A DNA stretch of 64,000 bases. Origin: Camelus dromedarius. Lineage: Eukaryota. A model generated the notes under the pieces. The model saw only the letters and a program-made list of their open reading frames with translations, was not told where the DNA came from and did not search any database. This document shows positions 38,651-51,878 of the stretch, in pieces. The stretch covers positions 117,926,001 through 117,990,000 of the forward strand of contig NC_087437.1 in assembly GCF_036321535.1 (NCBI RefSeq). The letters are read 5' to 3'. A program made the position numbers and the translations under genes. Every line of letters begins with the position of its first letter. Within the stretch, counting starts at the first letter, position 1.

Positions 38651-39645
38651 TGACTGCATTATGGGAACTACTGTGTTACAACCACCACAGGTTGACTGCG
38701 GACGGATTGAATTTAACTAAAAAGGTAGGAATTTATTTTCAGAATTCTTGAAAATGGTCAAATTCAAGAATGTGGAGTTAAGTAACTTAAAAAATACTCT
38801 CTAGACAGCTTTCTTCAGAAGTGTAAGCAGATTCAACAGCACGGTCACCATTTGGTTCATGGTGAGGACAGCTGTCAAATAAGGGGCATTCTGCAGTGGA
38901 ACGTCCCACCCTGAGAATCCCAAAGGGAGGATCTCAAACTCGACCACACGAGGTGTTCACAGTCACGTAACAGTAACAGCAGTCATCATAGCAGCTAAGT
39001 TTTACCAAGTGCCCACCAGGGGGCAGGCACGAAGCTTCCAGGAATGACATCATAATCTTGGTGAGAATCCCACATGATCTCTATCATTACCCCCACTGCA
39101 AAGAGAGGAACAGACACAGAGGGGTGGGGTGACTTTCCCGAGTTCCACCCCCAGGAAGAAGAGTCAGAGCTGGAGCCCTGGCAGTCTGGCCCTCAAGTCT
39201 AGGACCTGATAAAATTTAAATCTTTGGCAGTAGTAACAGACCCACAACTAGGAACCTAGGGACACAGGATCTGGGTTCTGCCACAGACCGACCATGTGAC
39301 CTGCAGAAGTCACTATGTCACTGAGTTTAAAATGAGGACAAAATAATATCTGAGGTTCCTTTTTAACCCTAAAGTGCTGTAATCTCATTTAATGATCCAG
39401 CACAATAAGACAGAGCTTGTGCTTCGATCCAGGGCAAAACTAGTCTAGAACATAAATTTGTTGAGGGCAAGGATCATGTCTTATGTCGATCTTGACATCT
39501 TGAAGGTCTAGACCAGCGCCTGACACACAGGAGGCTTTCAAACGTTTATTGAGTTGATGAGTGAATGAGTGAACAAGTGAACGAATAGTGAATGAGTTAA
39601 TAAACGAGAGTAGCCAATAATCCAGCACATAGCAAATGATCATAA

Positions 39646-39996
39646 CAGCCAGCCCTCTGTATTCACAGGTTTTGCATCTGTGGATTCAACCAACTGTGAC
39701 TTGAAAATATTTTTTAAAAATCCAGAAAGTTCCAAAAGGCAAAACTTGAATTTTCCATGTGCAGGCAACTATTTACATAGCATTTTACATTGTCTTTACA
39801 ACTATTTGCAAAGCATTTAACTTGTACTAGGTTTTATAAATAATCTAGAGATGATTTACAGCATAAGGGAGGGAGGATGCATGTAGGTTCTATGCAAATA
39901 CTGCACCGCTTTACATAAGGGGCTTGAGCATCTGTAGATCTTGGTACTGGCATAGGGTCCCGAAACCAATTGCCCTTGGATACTGCGGGATGACTG
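39646..39996. mobile_element. TcMar-Tigger MITE (MER2/Tigger3a-like), full length
   Basis: CAGCCAGCCCTCTGTATTCACAGG at one end and GGATACTGCGGGATGACTG-TA at the other form imperfect TIRs; internal GGATTCAACCAAC and TAATCTAGAGATGATTTA. Confidence 0.9.
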
Positions 39997-40320
39997 TATA
40001 TGTTCTCAGAAGCCTCACACAACATGGCACCAAGTGAAGCCTGCACTTACAGCATGGTCTTGGCCAGCCTCAATGTCAGAAGTCCCATTTAGTTACGGGA
40101 CATATCGTTGCTGGTTACGGGAACTCACGAGCACTGTATCTAGGTGACAGCTTTCCTGTCACCCTGAGGAAGACATTCATTCGGCCTTTGTTTGGTGCCA
40201 AGAGCATAAGGAACAGGGGCTGACTGAGATGACATAATTTTGCACTTAAGAATCAGTGTGTCTTCTGGCACCTTTTGATATTAAGCAAGCTTCACTCTCC
40301 CATGAGGCACTAAACGTAGG

Positions 40321-40380
40321 TGCAAAGTGCAGGGTCGGTGGAGTTAGTCTTCATGGCTTTACTGGCCTCTGCACTTTGCA
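40321..40380 (+). other. Strong stem-loop (26 bp stem, 7-nt loop)
   Basis: 40321-40346 pairs with 40354-40380: 20 Watson-Crick pairs, 6 G-U pairs and 1 bulge, counted by hand. Function unknown. Confidence 0.75.
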
Positions 40381-40509
40381 GATACTGACACCTTAATTCA
40401 TATATTTTTATGACTTTTTTTTCCAGAGGGTGGCAATAGAATAGTATGTTCTAATAAAATCAGTATATTCCGATAACTCTTTAACTGGAAGATCTTTTTC
40501 TCTTTCACA

Positions 40510-40735
40510 GAGTTGCCATGTGGACTAGCTACATCCCTGTTTACCATGCATTTGCTGTGTGTATTCAGGCTTAACCTCTCTAGGCCTCAATTTAGTCATT
40601 TCTAAAATGAAGACATTAATAGTACCTCCTGCATCACGGAGATATTGTGCAAATTAAGTGAGAAACTAGATGTTAAAGCATCGGTGACAGTGTCTGCAGA
40701 CTTCAAGTAAGTGCTCCAACACTTAGTTACTATTA
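40510..40735 (+). mobile_element. MIR SINE
   Basis: TTAACCTCTCTAGGCCTCAATTTAGTCATTTCTAAAATGAAGACATTAATAGTACCT MIR core. Confidence 0.75.
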
Positions 40736-41669
40736 GCTTCACCAACACGTACACGGGCGAAACTTAGTCTCCTAAGTTCTGATCCCTGTGAGAAAACGTT
40801 TCCAGCCCAGACGAGGCCTGGATCCGACTGTTCAGTTAATTCTACAGATGGACTAGCATCAAGTTAGAAAGGTCGGATTAGAAGTAGGACACCTTAAGTG
40901 AAAGCTGTCTGGATGAGGGCAGGACCAGCATCACTTCTGGGGTTTGGACAGAAAGAATTCAGTGCTGAGTCCTTAGTGTGCATGTGTTTGGAACCTCAGA
41001 CCGGTGCTCGCTGAGTGCTGAGTCCCCTGCACACAGCAGAGCCACTGAGCCATCCTCAAATACAGCATTTTGTCTGGACCCTGTCTCAATGCAGGAATCA
41101 GACAGGATCACACTGTTCTCAACAATTAGCTTTCCATTGCAGCTGAGTCTTTAGAGAAGGGCTCTTATCTCCGAACCCTTCAAAGTCTTCTCTGATGAGC
41201 TGGTAGTGGGACATAAGAGGAGCTTGGTCCCAGACGCCGGTATCAGTAAGGACTCCAGCCCTTTTCAAAGCAGGGGTCCAGGAGGGCCCTCGCCCAGCTC
41301 CGGCTTTTGATATATACACTTGCTCCCTACCATCACAAGAGTCCCCAGCAAAGGCCACTTCATTGAAAAGCTCAAACCTAGGAAAGCCAGGTGAGGTGAG
41401 TGTTAATAAAGCTGATGCCTTGTTCAAGGTAAACCATATTAAATATGGAGAAAAGCTTTTTTTTACTATAAGGCTACTTGGGTCACAGGGTGGAAATCTT
41501 CTGAAAATGTAAGTTGTTGGGACATATAACTGTCACATTAATAACATGAGTGGCCATCATGAAACTGGCATGCAAAATCCCAATCCTTGGAAACTGACTC
41601 ATTGTTCAATTCAATGATAGTTCTCACCCATGGAGAGAGGCATTCAAAGAACGGGTTAATAGCAAATCT

Positions 41670-41870
41670 TAAAGGCTCTAGAATCCAGAAGGTGTAGGAT
41701 TAAGTCCTGGCTGTGTGACACTGAGCAACTTACTTAACATCTCTGAGCCTCAGGGCCACCTTATAAAACAGAAACTGCCACATAAAATTGTAAAGGAGAC
41801 TGAATGAGTTGATGTGTGAATTATGTCTTGAACAACACTTGGCACATGTGTTAGCTATGCCTATTATTAA
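41670..41870 (+). mobile_element. MIR SINE
   Basis: GCTGTGTGACACTGAGCAACTTACTTAACATCTCTGAGCCTCAG...CTTGGCACATG. Confidence 0.75.
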
Positions 41871-44800
41871 TAGCTATCGTTGATGTCCCTAGACTGGGCC
41901 ATCTGGAGCCTTGAAGAAACTCTTCAGAGCGGGGTCTGGGACCTAGAGTGTTAGCGGGCTGGGGAGCATCCTCAGTCCTCCCCCAACACCGGGCTGTTTC
42001 ACTGGATGTATGTTCCTGCCATTCTGAGGGCAAGAAATGGTAGACCCAGGGGAGGCCCCACCCAAATACAGAGGAAACGGAAAGTCTGTCTGAGTCCAAG
42101 GCAGACCCAGTCTAGACCCTGACCCCAGGGTTCCTAGGAGGAGGCAACCCTGAGGCCATCTTCCCTGAGAGCCTGACCCAGGAAGGCAGAGCCCCAGCTG
42201 TGGATCTGTTCCTCTGAAAGGAACAGTCTTTCCTGTGGTCAGCACCCATCCCTACCCGGGGGCTGAGCTGGGTTAGAGCCCTGAGTGCACAGGAGTTATC
42301 CTGTGACTCTTAACCGCCGGGTTATCAGTCGTGACTTAATTATCCGAGCTATAGAAACCTGTCATCTTTTTTTTTTTTCCAGCTCATTTTGGTAATAAAG
42401 AAATAGCCCACAATGTGGAGAAGGGTTAAGTAATGTCAGATATATATTTGTAAATTTATGAAGCCATTTACAACACAACGTGCTTCACAGCGGATTCCTC
42501 CACCCACCATCTCCCCTAGACTTCCTCCCACAAAGCCATCAATTAACTTCCTGTTCTGAAACACGGATCATGCCCCTCCCTTGCACTAAAGATATGAAAT
42601 GATTTTAGGATAAAATTTAAACTCCTCGCCCTTCCCTGTAAAGAAAGCCTCAGTCTTTGGCTCACCGTGTTCACCCCCACATCTTCTCTTTCTTACTCAC
42701 CAACCCCTCTCCTGCTTCAGGGTCTTGCACACGCAGGGTTCCCTTCTCATTGAATTATTCCTGAGTTCTCTGGCAACCTGCCTCCCAGTTCTGCTCTGCA
42801 CACTCTCACCTGCCGTAGGTCTCTGTCCTGGCACCCTGGCTACTTTGCTTCTGTAACACCCCATAACACTTCCTTTCACTGCACTCTATTTTGCTTGCAT
42901 AACATGTATCACAATTTGGAATTACAGACTTATATATCTGGTTCCTTATCAACGATTATTTTCTTCTCTAGACTGTAGGTCCAGAGGATACAGGTTATGA
43001 ACACAGCTGAATAATCTCACCTACCAAAGGGAGGACTCATTGAAAGGGACCAAAACTATTTCTGCAGAAAGAGTGAATTGCTATACGAATATATTTATTA
43101 ACAGAGAAAATGATTCATAACATATTGCTGAGTAAAACAGTGCATGAGAAAACATCAGATACTGTGTGACTCCTTTAAAAATATATATGTAAAATGTCCG
43201 TGTATAGAACTTTTATATGCACTTACATGCAAATGTGAAAAAACAAGTCTGGATGTAGAGACTGAAATAGTCACAGTCTCCACCTAGGCTTGGTGGCATT
43301 AGAGTGATTTTATTTTATTTTATTTTTTACTTTACTAATCTATATCTCCTAGTTTTTTAAAAATGGGCATGTACAACTTATGTATTAAATATTTTAAAAT
43401 GAATAAAATGTAATTTAAAATCCCTGAGTTACTTAATTTTTGATTACCGTCTAGACTCCCCCTGGCATACATACTCTCTGATGGAGGAAACTACACAATA
43501 CATCTATGAACACCTACTTTTTCTACCAGTTCGTGTGTGTGTGCATGGAACAAAAGTACAAAAAATAGCAGATGGAGTATAATTCGTATTTGTGTAAATT
43601 AGTAGATGGTGAAATGCCAAGATGCATAAATCAGCACTACAGTTTCCCTAGTCATTTCTTTATGTCTGCTCACACATCTGTAGGTTGCTTGGTGCTGTTG
43701 GTGAAAGAAATCTATGTGAGTGGCAGGGAGATCGTGTGCATCTTCTAAGTACTGGCTAATTTATGTACTTCGCTTAATCAACTTCTTATACCACTATAAA
43801 ACGCTAACTCATTCCAAAATAAAAAAATTTTGAACAAGGTTTTAATTAACATTTGTATTGCTATGGGCATAAATCCACATAATGTTCCTTGAGTGGTCTA
43901 TGGATTTATACTGTAATGGAGGATCAGTAAAAAGCTGTTGAAAATTCTTTATTTTGGCAATATTTCATTATGTGGCAATACTGTAACATCTCCTAATTAA
44001 AGAGAATGCTCATATGGCCTCATTGTGAGTGAGAGGGTAGGGACTGTAGGTGGATTAAGGGGTCCCCTTCCTGGTGGTCTGTGTTTGCACCTGTGTCCCG
44101 CTGGGGATGCCAGCTGCCCAGGGTTCCACTGCTCATCACATCCCTAGGTTGCTACATTATCACAATAAAACCCAGGTTGATGTCATCACCTGAATGTCCA
44201 AATGGAGTTCATCGCTATTTTTAAAAAGTAGAATCACATTAGCCATCTATGACTTTTCATTTGGGCCAACATAATTCCACTGGCAAAACCAAGAACAGGG
44301 AAAGGCAATGTCCTAATAATAAATACTAGCAGACAGAAGATGGGTGCTATTTCCTCCAGCTTTACATCAGTCCTACTACTGACGTGATGACAGGTGACAG
44401 CAGCATGAAATACCCTAGTGTTTTAATTACTCTACCAGATTTACAATGCCTCTACCTCATGCTTATATTCCTATTCACTCCACAAAGTTGACAAACAGGC
44501 ATTTGTGTTAAGCTTTTTGGCTGTTAACTTGATATTTTCATGGAGAATTCAGAAGTGGGTGGAGGAAGAATACTTAAATACCTTGAATTTGTGCTGAGTG
44601 AAGATTTCATTAGGATAAACAATGCACAGGACTAAAGAAAAACTACTGCTTTTTCCTTTTTTTTTTTTTCTCTCTTACTTTTGGCAAAATCAACAGAAGC
44701 TACTCTTCCCTTTCTCAACTTTAAAATATGCTAAAACATGCTTGTGGAAGGATCAATAATTAATCTGTGAGACTCAGGATACCAGACTATAGTCAATCCA

Positions 44801-46609
44801 TCATTGGTCTCTCCCTTCACCAGTCCTGCATTTAAGAAAGTACAAATTTTTCAGTGCCTCTAATGTTAGACTTGAACAAGTGACTTACAGTCAAGATCAT
44901 GCTAGCAAAGTGTCTGGACCAGAGGTTTTAAATGTGCTCACATGGCTTGACATGATTCTGATGCAGCTGTGATCTGCCCTAAGTACAGAAAACCCCATAT
45001 ACCTGCTGGTCCAAGGAGAAGGAAAATCAGTGGAACCCACCTGGCCTAATCTGATACTTAGTAACAAGCCCAGTCCAGCCCAATCTAGCTGAGGTCAGCC
45101 AATTCCCAGCTAGCCAGGAAACTCAAAACAAGAGAGAGAAATTTTTAGATTTAGGGATTATTTGTTATACTGCATTATTGCAAACATAGCTGACCAATAC
45201 ACAACCTTATTTTTAAAATACTGAGTTATAGTATCATATGTTAAAGACTGAACAGGAACTGAAGTGATCATCTGGACCTGATCCTCTCATTTGGTAGGTG
45301 AGAATACTGAAGCTCAAAATCAGTAACCTACTCCGAAGTACAGATGAGGAGAGTAGGATTTGGGTCTCCTGATTCCTGGCGCCTTTGCTGACAGAACAAT
45401 GGCAGATTCTGGTTAGCATGGATCTTTGTTATGAGCCCCAGATTATACTGTACACCTCCCTGATTTACATGCTCTTCACTCTCTGACCCACTCTCCTCCC
45501 TCCTTCCATCCCTCCCTCCCTAGTGCTTTTCCATCATCGATCTTCAGTTGTCCTCAGAGTTTGCTATGATTGCTACTTGGTAACCTCACAAGCCCTCACT
45601 GCGTGCTGGCCTCTGGGCTGTGACATGGCTCAGTTCACTCTCGGATAACACAAAGATAGGTCTGTTCCAAGATTGGTGACTTAAGTGAAATAGATTTTGT
45701 TTTTATTTGTTTATTTTGTTATCCCAAACCACTTTCCAAATCTCACATTTAATTCTTAGAATCACAGAATCTCACAGTCCCATGGGGTCTTGAGGTTACC
45801 TCATCCCACTCCATCCTAAGTGGGTTTTAGAGGAGAGGGAGAGTTCTTAACACATCTGAGGCCTGAGTCAAAACGTCTAGAAGTCAGTAAAAATCCAACA
45901 CAAGCAGATTTTTCTTTTGTTAAGCATTGTGGTGGTGATATTATTCAACACTGTGATCATTTCTCTCTCCATTGCTTTGAAAACACAGTCCTTGAACATC
46001 TTCCCATCTCCTGCAGACTTCATTTGATCATTTCATTACTCTCCGTAGGGCTGAAGCTTACAGTTCAGGACCTTTAAAGATCTCCTCCATGAGCTCCCCC
46101 CAATAAGTACTGTTTCTCTTAAAAAACATACTGAGTGCAGCCAAAGTTTTACTCTGCACATGGTGCCCCAACCCATAAAATGCTTTGTGGGATCTCTTCT
46201 GACCTGTGTATAAACCAAAGCTACATAGTCCATTGCTCCCTTAGACCAGGTCCCTTGATTTGACCAACCCAGGTGTGCTGACCCCCAAAAGGTTCACCCA
46301 ATGATCTCATCAGTTCAGGATTCCATGTTAGCCTCTAATCCATTTTATACATATCTCTCTGACTCTCCATTAGGATTTGCCTTTTATCTCTATAGAAACC
46401 CTGTGTATCATATCATGTTAAGATCACATTAATTTACTGGGAAGTCACATGAAGCTGACTTTGCCCAAGAGAACATCTTAGCATGTCCTCCTCTGTGTGT
46501 GTGATGGTCCTGGGTCAGTGAGATAGGAGAAATCAACAACTGGGCAGGCCAAGCCTGGCAGGCTGGAGCTGGCATTGAGGGACCAGGGGGAGTGGGATAC
46601 AGGGCAAAT

Positions 46610-47050
46610 CAAATCCCTTTAGGCACATTCTGGGCTCTTGGCAAACAGAATAGACAGGAGTCTGCCCCCATGGAGCTTAGCACCTAATCAGGGAGTCAGA
46701 ATATAATGTAAATGCGCATGCAAATAAATTGTTGCATAATTAAAGCTCACAATGCTGGCGAGGAGAAAATGATGGGCTCGGGCAAGTAGAGGTCTTTCTC
46801 TTTGAGACCTAAAGGCTGAATGCAAGAGTTGGCTGGATGGATAGGGAGCTGGAGCCACATTTGTGAAGACTCTGAGTCAAGGAAAAGGTGGTGATTCGGG
46901 GACCTGAAAGTAGTGAGTGTGGCTGGAACTGGCAGAACTAGATGTTGGGTGCTGGGAAAGGAGGCTACAGACATAGCCAGGGCCAGATCAGTGAGGCTGG
47001 TGGATTCTGTTAGGAATCCTGGTTTATCCTTAAACAGAAGAGGCATCCAG
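46610..47050 (-). mobile_element. L2 LINE fragment
   Basis: CTGCCCCCATGGAGCTTA, TTTGAGACCTAAAGGCTGAA, GTGGCTGGAAC and GGCCAGATCA...GGTTTATCCTAA are typical L2 3'-region passages. Confidence 0.65.
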
Positions 47051-49399
47051 TACAGTCTGCTCCTGATTAAGGAGAAATGAATAACAGATTGACCTAAAGA
47101 CTGTGCCAAGAAGTCAGACCAAATGTAGAGAATGGAACATCCACAACAGTTGTGGGAAGTCTCCCTTCTGCCCAGACAACTGCTACCACTTACTCTGGGA
47201 ACACCTGTCCTCTTGCAGACCTTATTGAAGGCAATTTCTCCCACTTCTTCCTTTTCACTAGGGCATCTTTGAGATGGTGATAAAGGATAGTGGGACTTCT
47301 GTGCATTGTGTGGGTCTACTTAGTCATAGAAAGGATGGGCCAAGTCATTGGTTTATAGCAATTAAGTCATTTCAGAGGATAATGCAAAGTTGACAATCAG
47401 CTCACACTAAAATGGCATGCATACCTTTCTGCTTGACTGTGCTGTCAGTCAAGGAAACACCGGACTCCACTAAGGCCATATCGTGGGATCTAACAAAGAG
47501 GGTTCATTCCTAAGGGCACCAGGGCTGGCCAATCTCCAAAGTTATCATGGAAACCCTAACCACACATAGCGATTCACTGGTGATCACACACAACCCAGTA
47601 TCCCCCAGCTGATCTTCTGTTAAGCTCACTGGGCCTCCTTGGCAATATAGCAGCTAATCAATTTTATTAAGAAGGAGCCATTCCCTGTCAGTGCTACTGC
47701 TGAGAAATAGTAAAACTGGCAACAAAAAAGCAAATGCATTCAGCTTATGGTTTACAATGGCCAGAACAGATTCTGACCAAGTCACAAAGTGAATCTCATT
47801 TAAGAATCCTCAACAACTCAAGGATCTAGCTTTTCCCCCAAAAGAACTCATTCTACTCGCTACCACAAAAGGAATAATGCTTGGTCCCAACATGAGACAG
47901 AGCAACTGTACGTTTTCTAAGAAACCTAAAGTCTTACATTGGAAATTGTATTTAGGAATAAAAATATGAATCCCCACAACCTTCAGAGTGATAATGACAA
48001 TGACAATGCCAGCTCTAAATGCATCAAGGGCATGCCTCACGTAAACAAACAGAAAGGACTGAGGGTTACTGTGGACCCCGTGTTTCCTCCTTTATCATGT
48101 GGACAGCCTGCCTGTCAGGAGTGTCCTCTCTTTCTGTCACCTCCTGTGCTCCTGTGTTATGCTGACTTCTTCCTGCTCAGCAGGAGAGGGGCAGAATGGT
48201 GGCGGGGTCCCATTCCAAGCATCCTTGGTGGTCCTTTACAGTCCACTCTTCCTTGGGATGGAGGAGGAACTACTCATCTGGTTAAGGGTGGACACGTGGG
48301 TAAATGAAGCCCCACCCCTTCAATGACTGAGGTTTTCACACCTGGTGGGGGCTTACTGTGTAAGACGTGGGAGACCCCTGTACTAACAATGCCAAATCGA
48401 AGACCCACAATTTCCTTCTAAAATCCCTATTTTTCCACTTTTGGCTCTAGAAGGTCTAGGGTAAGTAGAAACCAAAAGTAATTTAAAACATATTTATGGT
48501 ATTTTCAATAGACAAGTTGAAACACTTATTCTTTATTTACTGGGGACCAATACTGTTTCATACACTTTATGGCTTAAAAATAATGAACCACCTCCCTCTA
48601 GGGCTGAAGTGAATAAGAAGCAACTCAGGATTAGAGAAATATTGCTCAAGCTGAGACAAAGCATCTTAGACATTCCAGAACAACTAAATGGGAGGATTGG
48701 TTCCCCACAGGTTCATCCCAAAGGCCATGGCAAATTTCCTTTTCTTTGTTTTTCTAATTAATAAAAACAGGTTCATCATATAACATATCTCATTCCAGTG
48801 CCAATACCCTGAAAGCGAGACCTTGTACCTTCAGCAGCAATAGTCCTCTTTGAAAGAACACCCCATTTCTGTTGGTGTTAACTGACAATTTCTTTCTCCT
48901 AAATTAGACAACTTCTTTGTGAAAAGGTCTATTCTCACATAAAGATACACCACAAAGCAAAGCTGCTTAGTTAGTAATCAGCTGTGTGATGCTTGTATCA
49001 ACCAACCTCAAACCTACTTGGAAATTTTGAGGAAAAAAAAAGTCAAAACTGTATTTTTATGAGATGGTTTTACTCTTAAAACTCCATCTGCTTCACCAAA
49101 GAGGATTTTTGATCACACAGACTTTTGTCCCTATGGCTGCTGGGATATTGGCCTAAGAAAATTAAACATTTCTTGCAAATCCCAAGGAAAATACAGTATG
49201 AAGGCCAAGTTCCTTGGTTCTATCAACGTGGAAATCAACCATGTGTGTTTACTCTTCAAACATAAAGCCTGTTTCTCCTGTTTGGAGGGGCTGCACTTCC
49301 ACCAACGACTCTGAAACACGGTGCTTACAGCTCTGTCTCTGCGCTGAGGGAGAGAACACTACGTTATGCTCCCGTCTGCGTGGGTTTCCTGGGGCTCCG

Positions 49400-49892
49400 C
49401 TGACACTGGACCACAAGGTCGTGCCCGCGGCAGCACAGGGTCATCATCTTACACTTGCGGACGTCAGGAGCTGGACATGAGTCTCATGAAGGCAAGGAGG
49501 GCTGCGTTCATTCTGAAGCCCCTGAAGGAAAAATATGTAGGGTTTTGGGTTTTTTGGTTTTTTTTTTTTTTTTGCCCTTTTTAGCTTTCAGAGGCCCCCT
49601 GAACTTTATAGCATGTGGCCTTTTTTCATCTTCAAGTCCAGTACCATTGCTTCTCTGACAAATCTTCTGTGGTCACAACTCCCTCTGACCACACCCAGGA
49701 AAGGCTTTCTGCTTCTAAGGGCTTGTGTGATTAAATGCGCCCATCTGGACCATCTAAGATAATCTCCCCCTCTCAAGGTCACGTAATTGTATCTGTAACT
49801 TCAATTCCCTTTTGCCAAGTAATGCACCATATTCACAGGTTTTGGGGATTGGAATGTGGGCATCTTTGGGAGGATATTATTCTGCTTCCTCA
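49400..49892 (-). mobile_element. MaLR LTR (MLT1D-like)
   Basis: CTTCTAAGGGCTTGTGTGATTA...GATAATCTCCCCTCTCAAGGTC...CATATTCACAGGTTTTGGGGATTGGAATGTGGGCATCTTTGGGAGG. Confidence 0.8.
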
Positions 49893-51862
49893 GTATCTCT
49901 CTATATACATAATTACCTTTCTGAAATATTGCCCTATGTATAAAAATTTTGCATACCACAATGCTAGGTATATGCTCGTGATACTAATTTGTATTCTCAT
50001 ACTCTCAGAAATCAAAGATGGAAAAGAAAACACATGGAGTCATCACACTGACTCTTCAGTAATCAAAATGAAGTTTCCCCTGACAGACTTTCAGGTATGG
50101 GCAAAACAAGTGTTTCACAAGTCATCAGTGATGTATTCCTCAATGCTATATTCTAAATAGTAATTGAACAGATTTTTTAAAGACAGTTTTACTGTATCAC
50201 ATAAGCTTACACCTGTATTTATCTGTTCGTAGTTTTTGTTGAAGGCACAAAGACATCAAAGCCTTGGAGTTAAAATAATCAGAGGAGCTAAACTCTAACC
50301 TAGCTTCCTTCCTACCTAACCTTGATTAAAGCTCCTTAATTAGAAAAAAATAAAAGATTTAAAAATTCTTAATAAAGATTACATTTACCTTTCTTGGTAG
50401 GAATTCTCACAATTACATATTTGATTTTAGTCTATTTTTATTAATTCTAAATCATTATAGTTTAAAACAAGATGGCTACATCTACAATATCTAAAGCAAC
50501 TAGAAGCATTCCTTAAAGGCAGAAATAAAATCAAATACATTGTTTGATTTTGTTTGTTTGTTCCTTTTAAATAAGTTCTGACTGCATTATACAGAAATAA
50601 CAAGCCAAAAAAGCAGTTAATGACACAACAAAATGGTTAATATATATTAACACAGATGTTAATAAGTCCTGGGAAGTTCTAGAATGTTCTACAGGAATCA
50701 GTTAACAAGTTAACTCTGATATTCTTTTGGGGATCTTTTTGAGTGGCACATCATGGAACTATAGCACTTTTGTAAACAAAACCAAAGTAAAAAACATAAC
50801 ATGAACTAAAGTGTGAGGATTCCTCCTTGGCTTGAATACTGGGAACACCAGCAGAACCAGTCAGGCTCTGTTTCCTGAGGAGCCTGAATCTTCTGAATGT
50901 CCTGGGCCCAGACTAGCCCTTGGAAACAGTCTATGATATGCCATTGCCTGCTTCAAATTCTGGCCAGAATCTCACTCATTCATTCACAACTACATGATGA
51001 TACTTGGCATTTTACTTCTGGTAACACACTAAATGTTATTGACTCATAAATGCAAGTTTAATGGCTTTGGAAAATAAATATTTATAGGAATAAAGTTTGA
51101 GCTTAACATTCCATGTAGCTTTCATGGACAATGACTTCCAAAACGTTTGACTAACTGCCAACATTTTTACCTAGGTTTTAATTCAGAAATGAACTTGGTT
51201 TGCAAATTTTTGAGATTTTGTCTTTCACGTGCATTAAGTTTATCTAAGGCGGCAGGGCTCACCAGTTCCTGTTATACATGGCTTTTATAAAGCACATTGA
51301 GACTTTATTGAAGGTGTATTTTGTTGTTGTTGCTGTTTTTTAATTGCAGACATCATTTCAGCCCTGAAAGGAAATGTTTAGGAAGCTGCTAATTTATATA
51401 GAATTCACATGGAAATTTCTGTCTTTGCATCTTAGGATTTAAATCGTGTTCTGTAAATGTATGAATCTCTTGTGGCTCACCTGCCTTCCTGCCAGAAATT
51501 TTGTCCCATTGGTTGGTGTCCTGGCCAGTAGGCTGAGCTGAGCAAGTCCAGGATACATTAAAGTTTCTATGTCTTGTTCCTCAAGTACAGAGCTATAAAT
51601 AATCCTGCAGTTTTCCTACTGTACACTGCAGTGGGGAGGGCGCAGGAAGATGAAAGATTTCTGATATGTTTAGCAAGTCATCTTGGTCATTCAGCCTCAT
51701 CATCCAAAGATTCTGCCCAGCTGGAACTTGAGTCTCCACTGAATGGCTAAGAAATCGTTCAGACTCCAAAGGACCTTAATATAAGAGAAGGCCAGGCTCC
51801 AGGATTTGTAAAAGAAAGCAGATGGACTTTTAATGAAAGAAGCGTGCTTACCTGTCATAGTC

Positions 51863-51878
51863 TAGCACCCCCTGGTGG
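51863..51878 (-). promoter_or_regulatory. CTCF-binding motif (candidate)
   Basis: Minus strand CCACCAGGGGGTGCTA is one mismatch from the CTCF core CCACCAGGGGGCGCTA and lies in non-repeat sequence. Confidence 0.6.

Noticed and set aside
41119..41427. 102-aa minus-strand ORF with an internal acceptor-like site
   Set aside because: No recognised homology and no supporting poly(A) or donor evidence; chance ORF likely.
46747..47244. 165-aa minus-strand ORF
   Set aside because: Largely overlaps an L2 relic; no coding features recognised.
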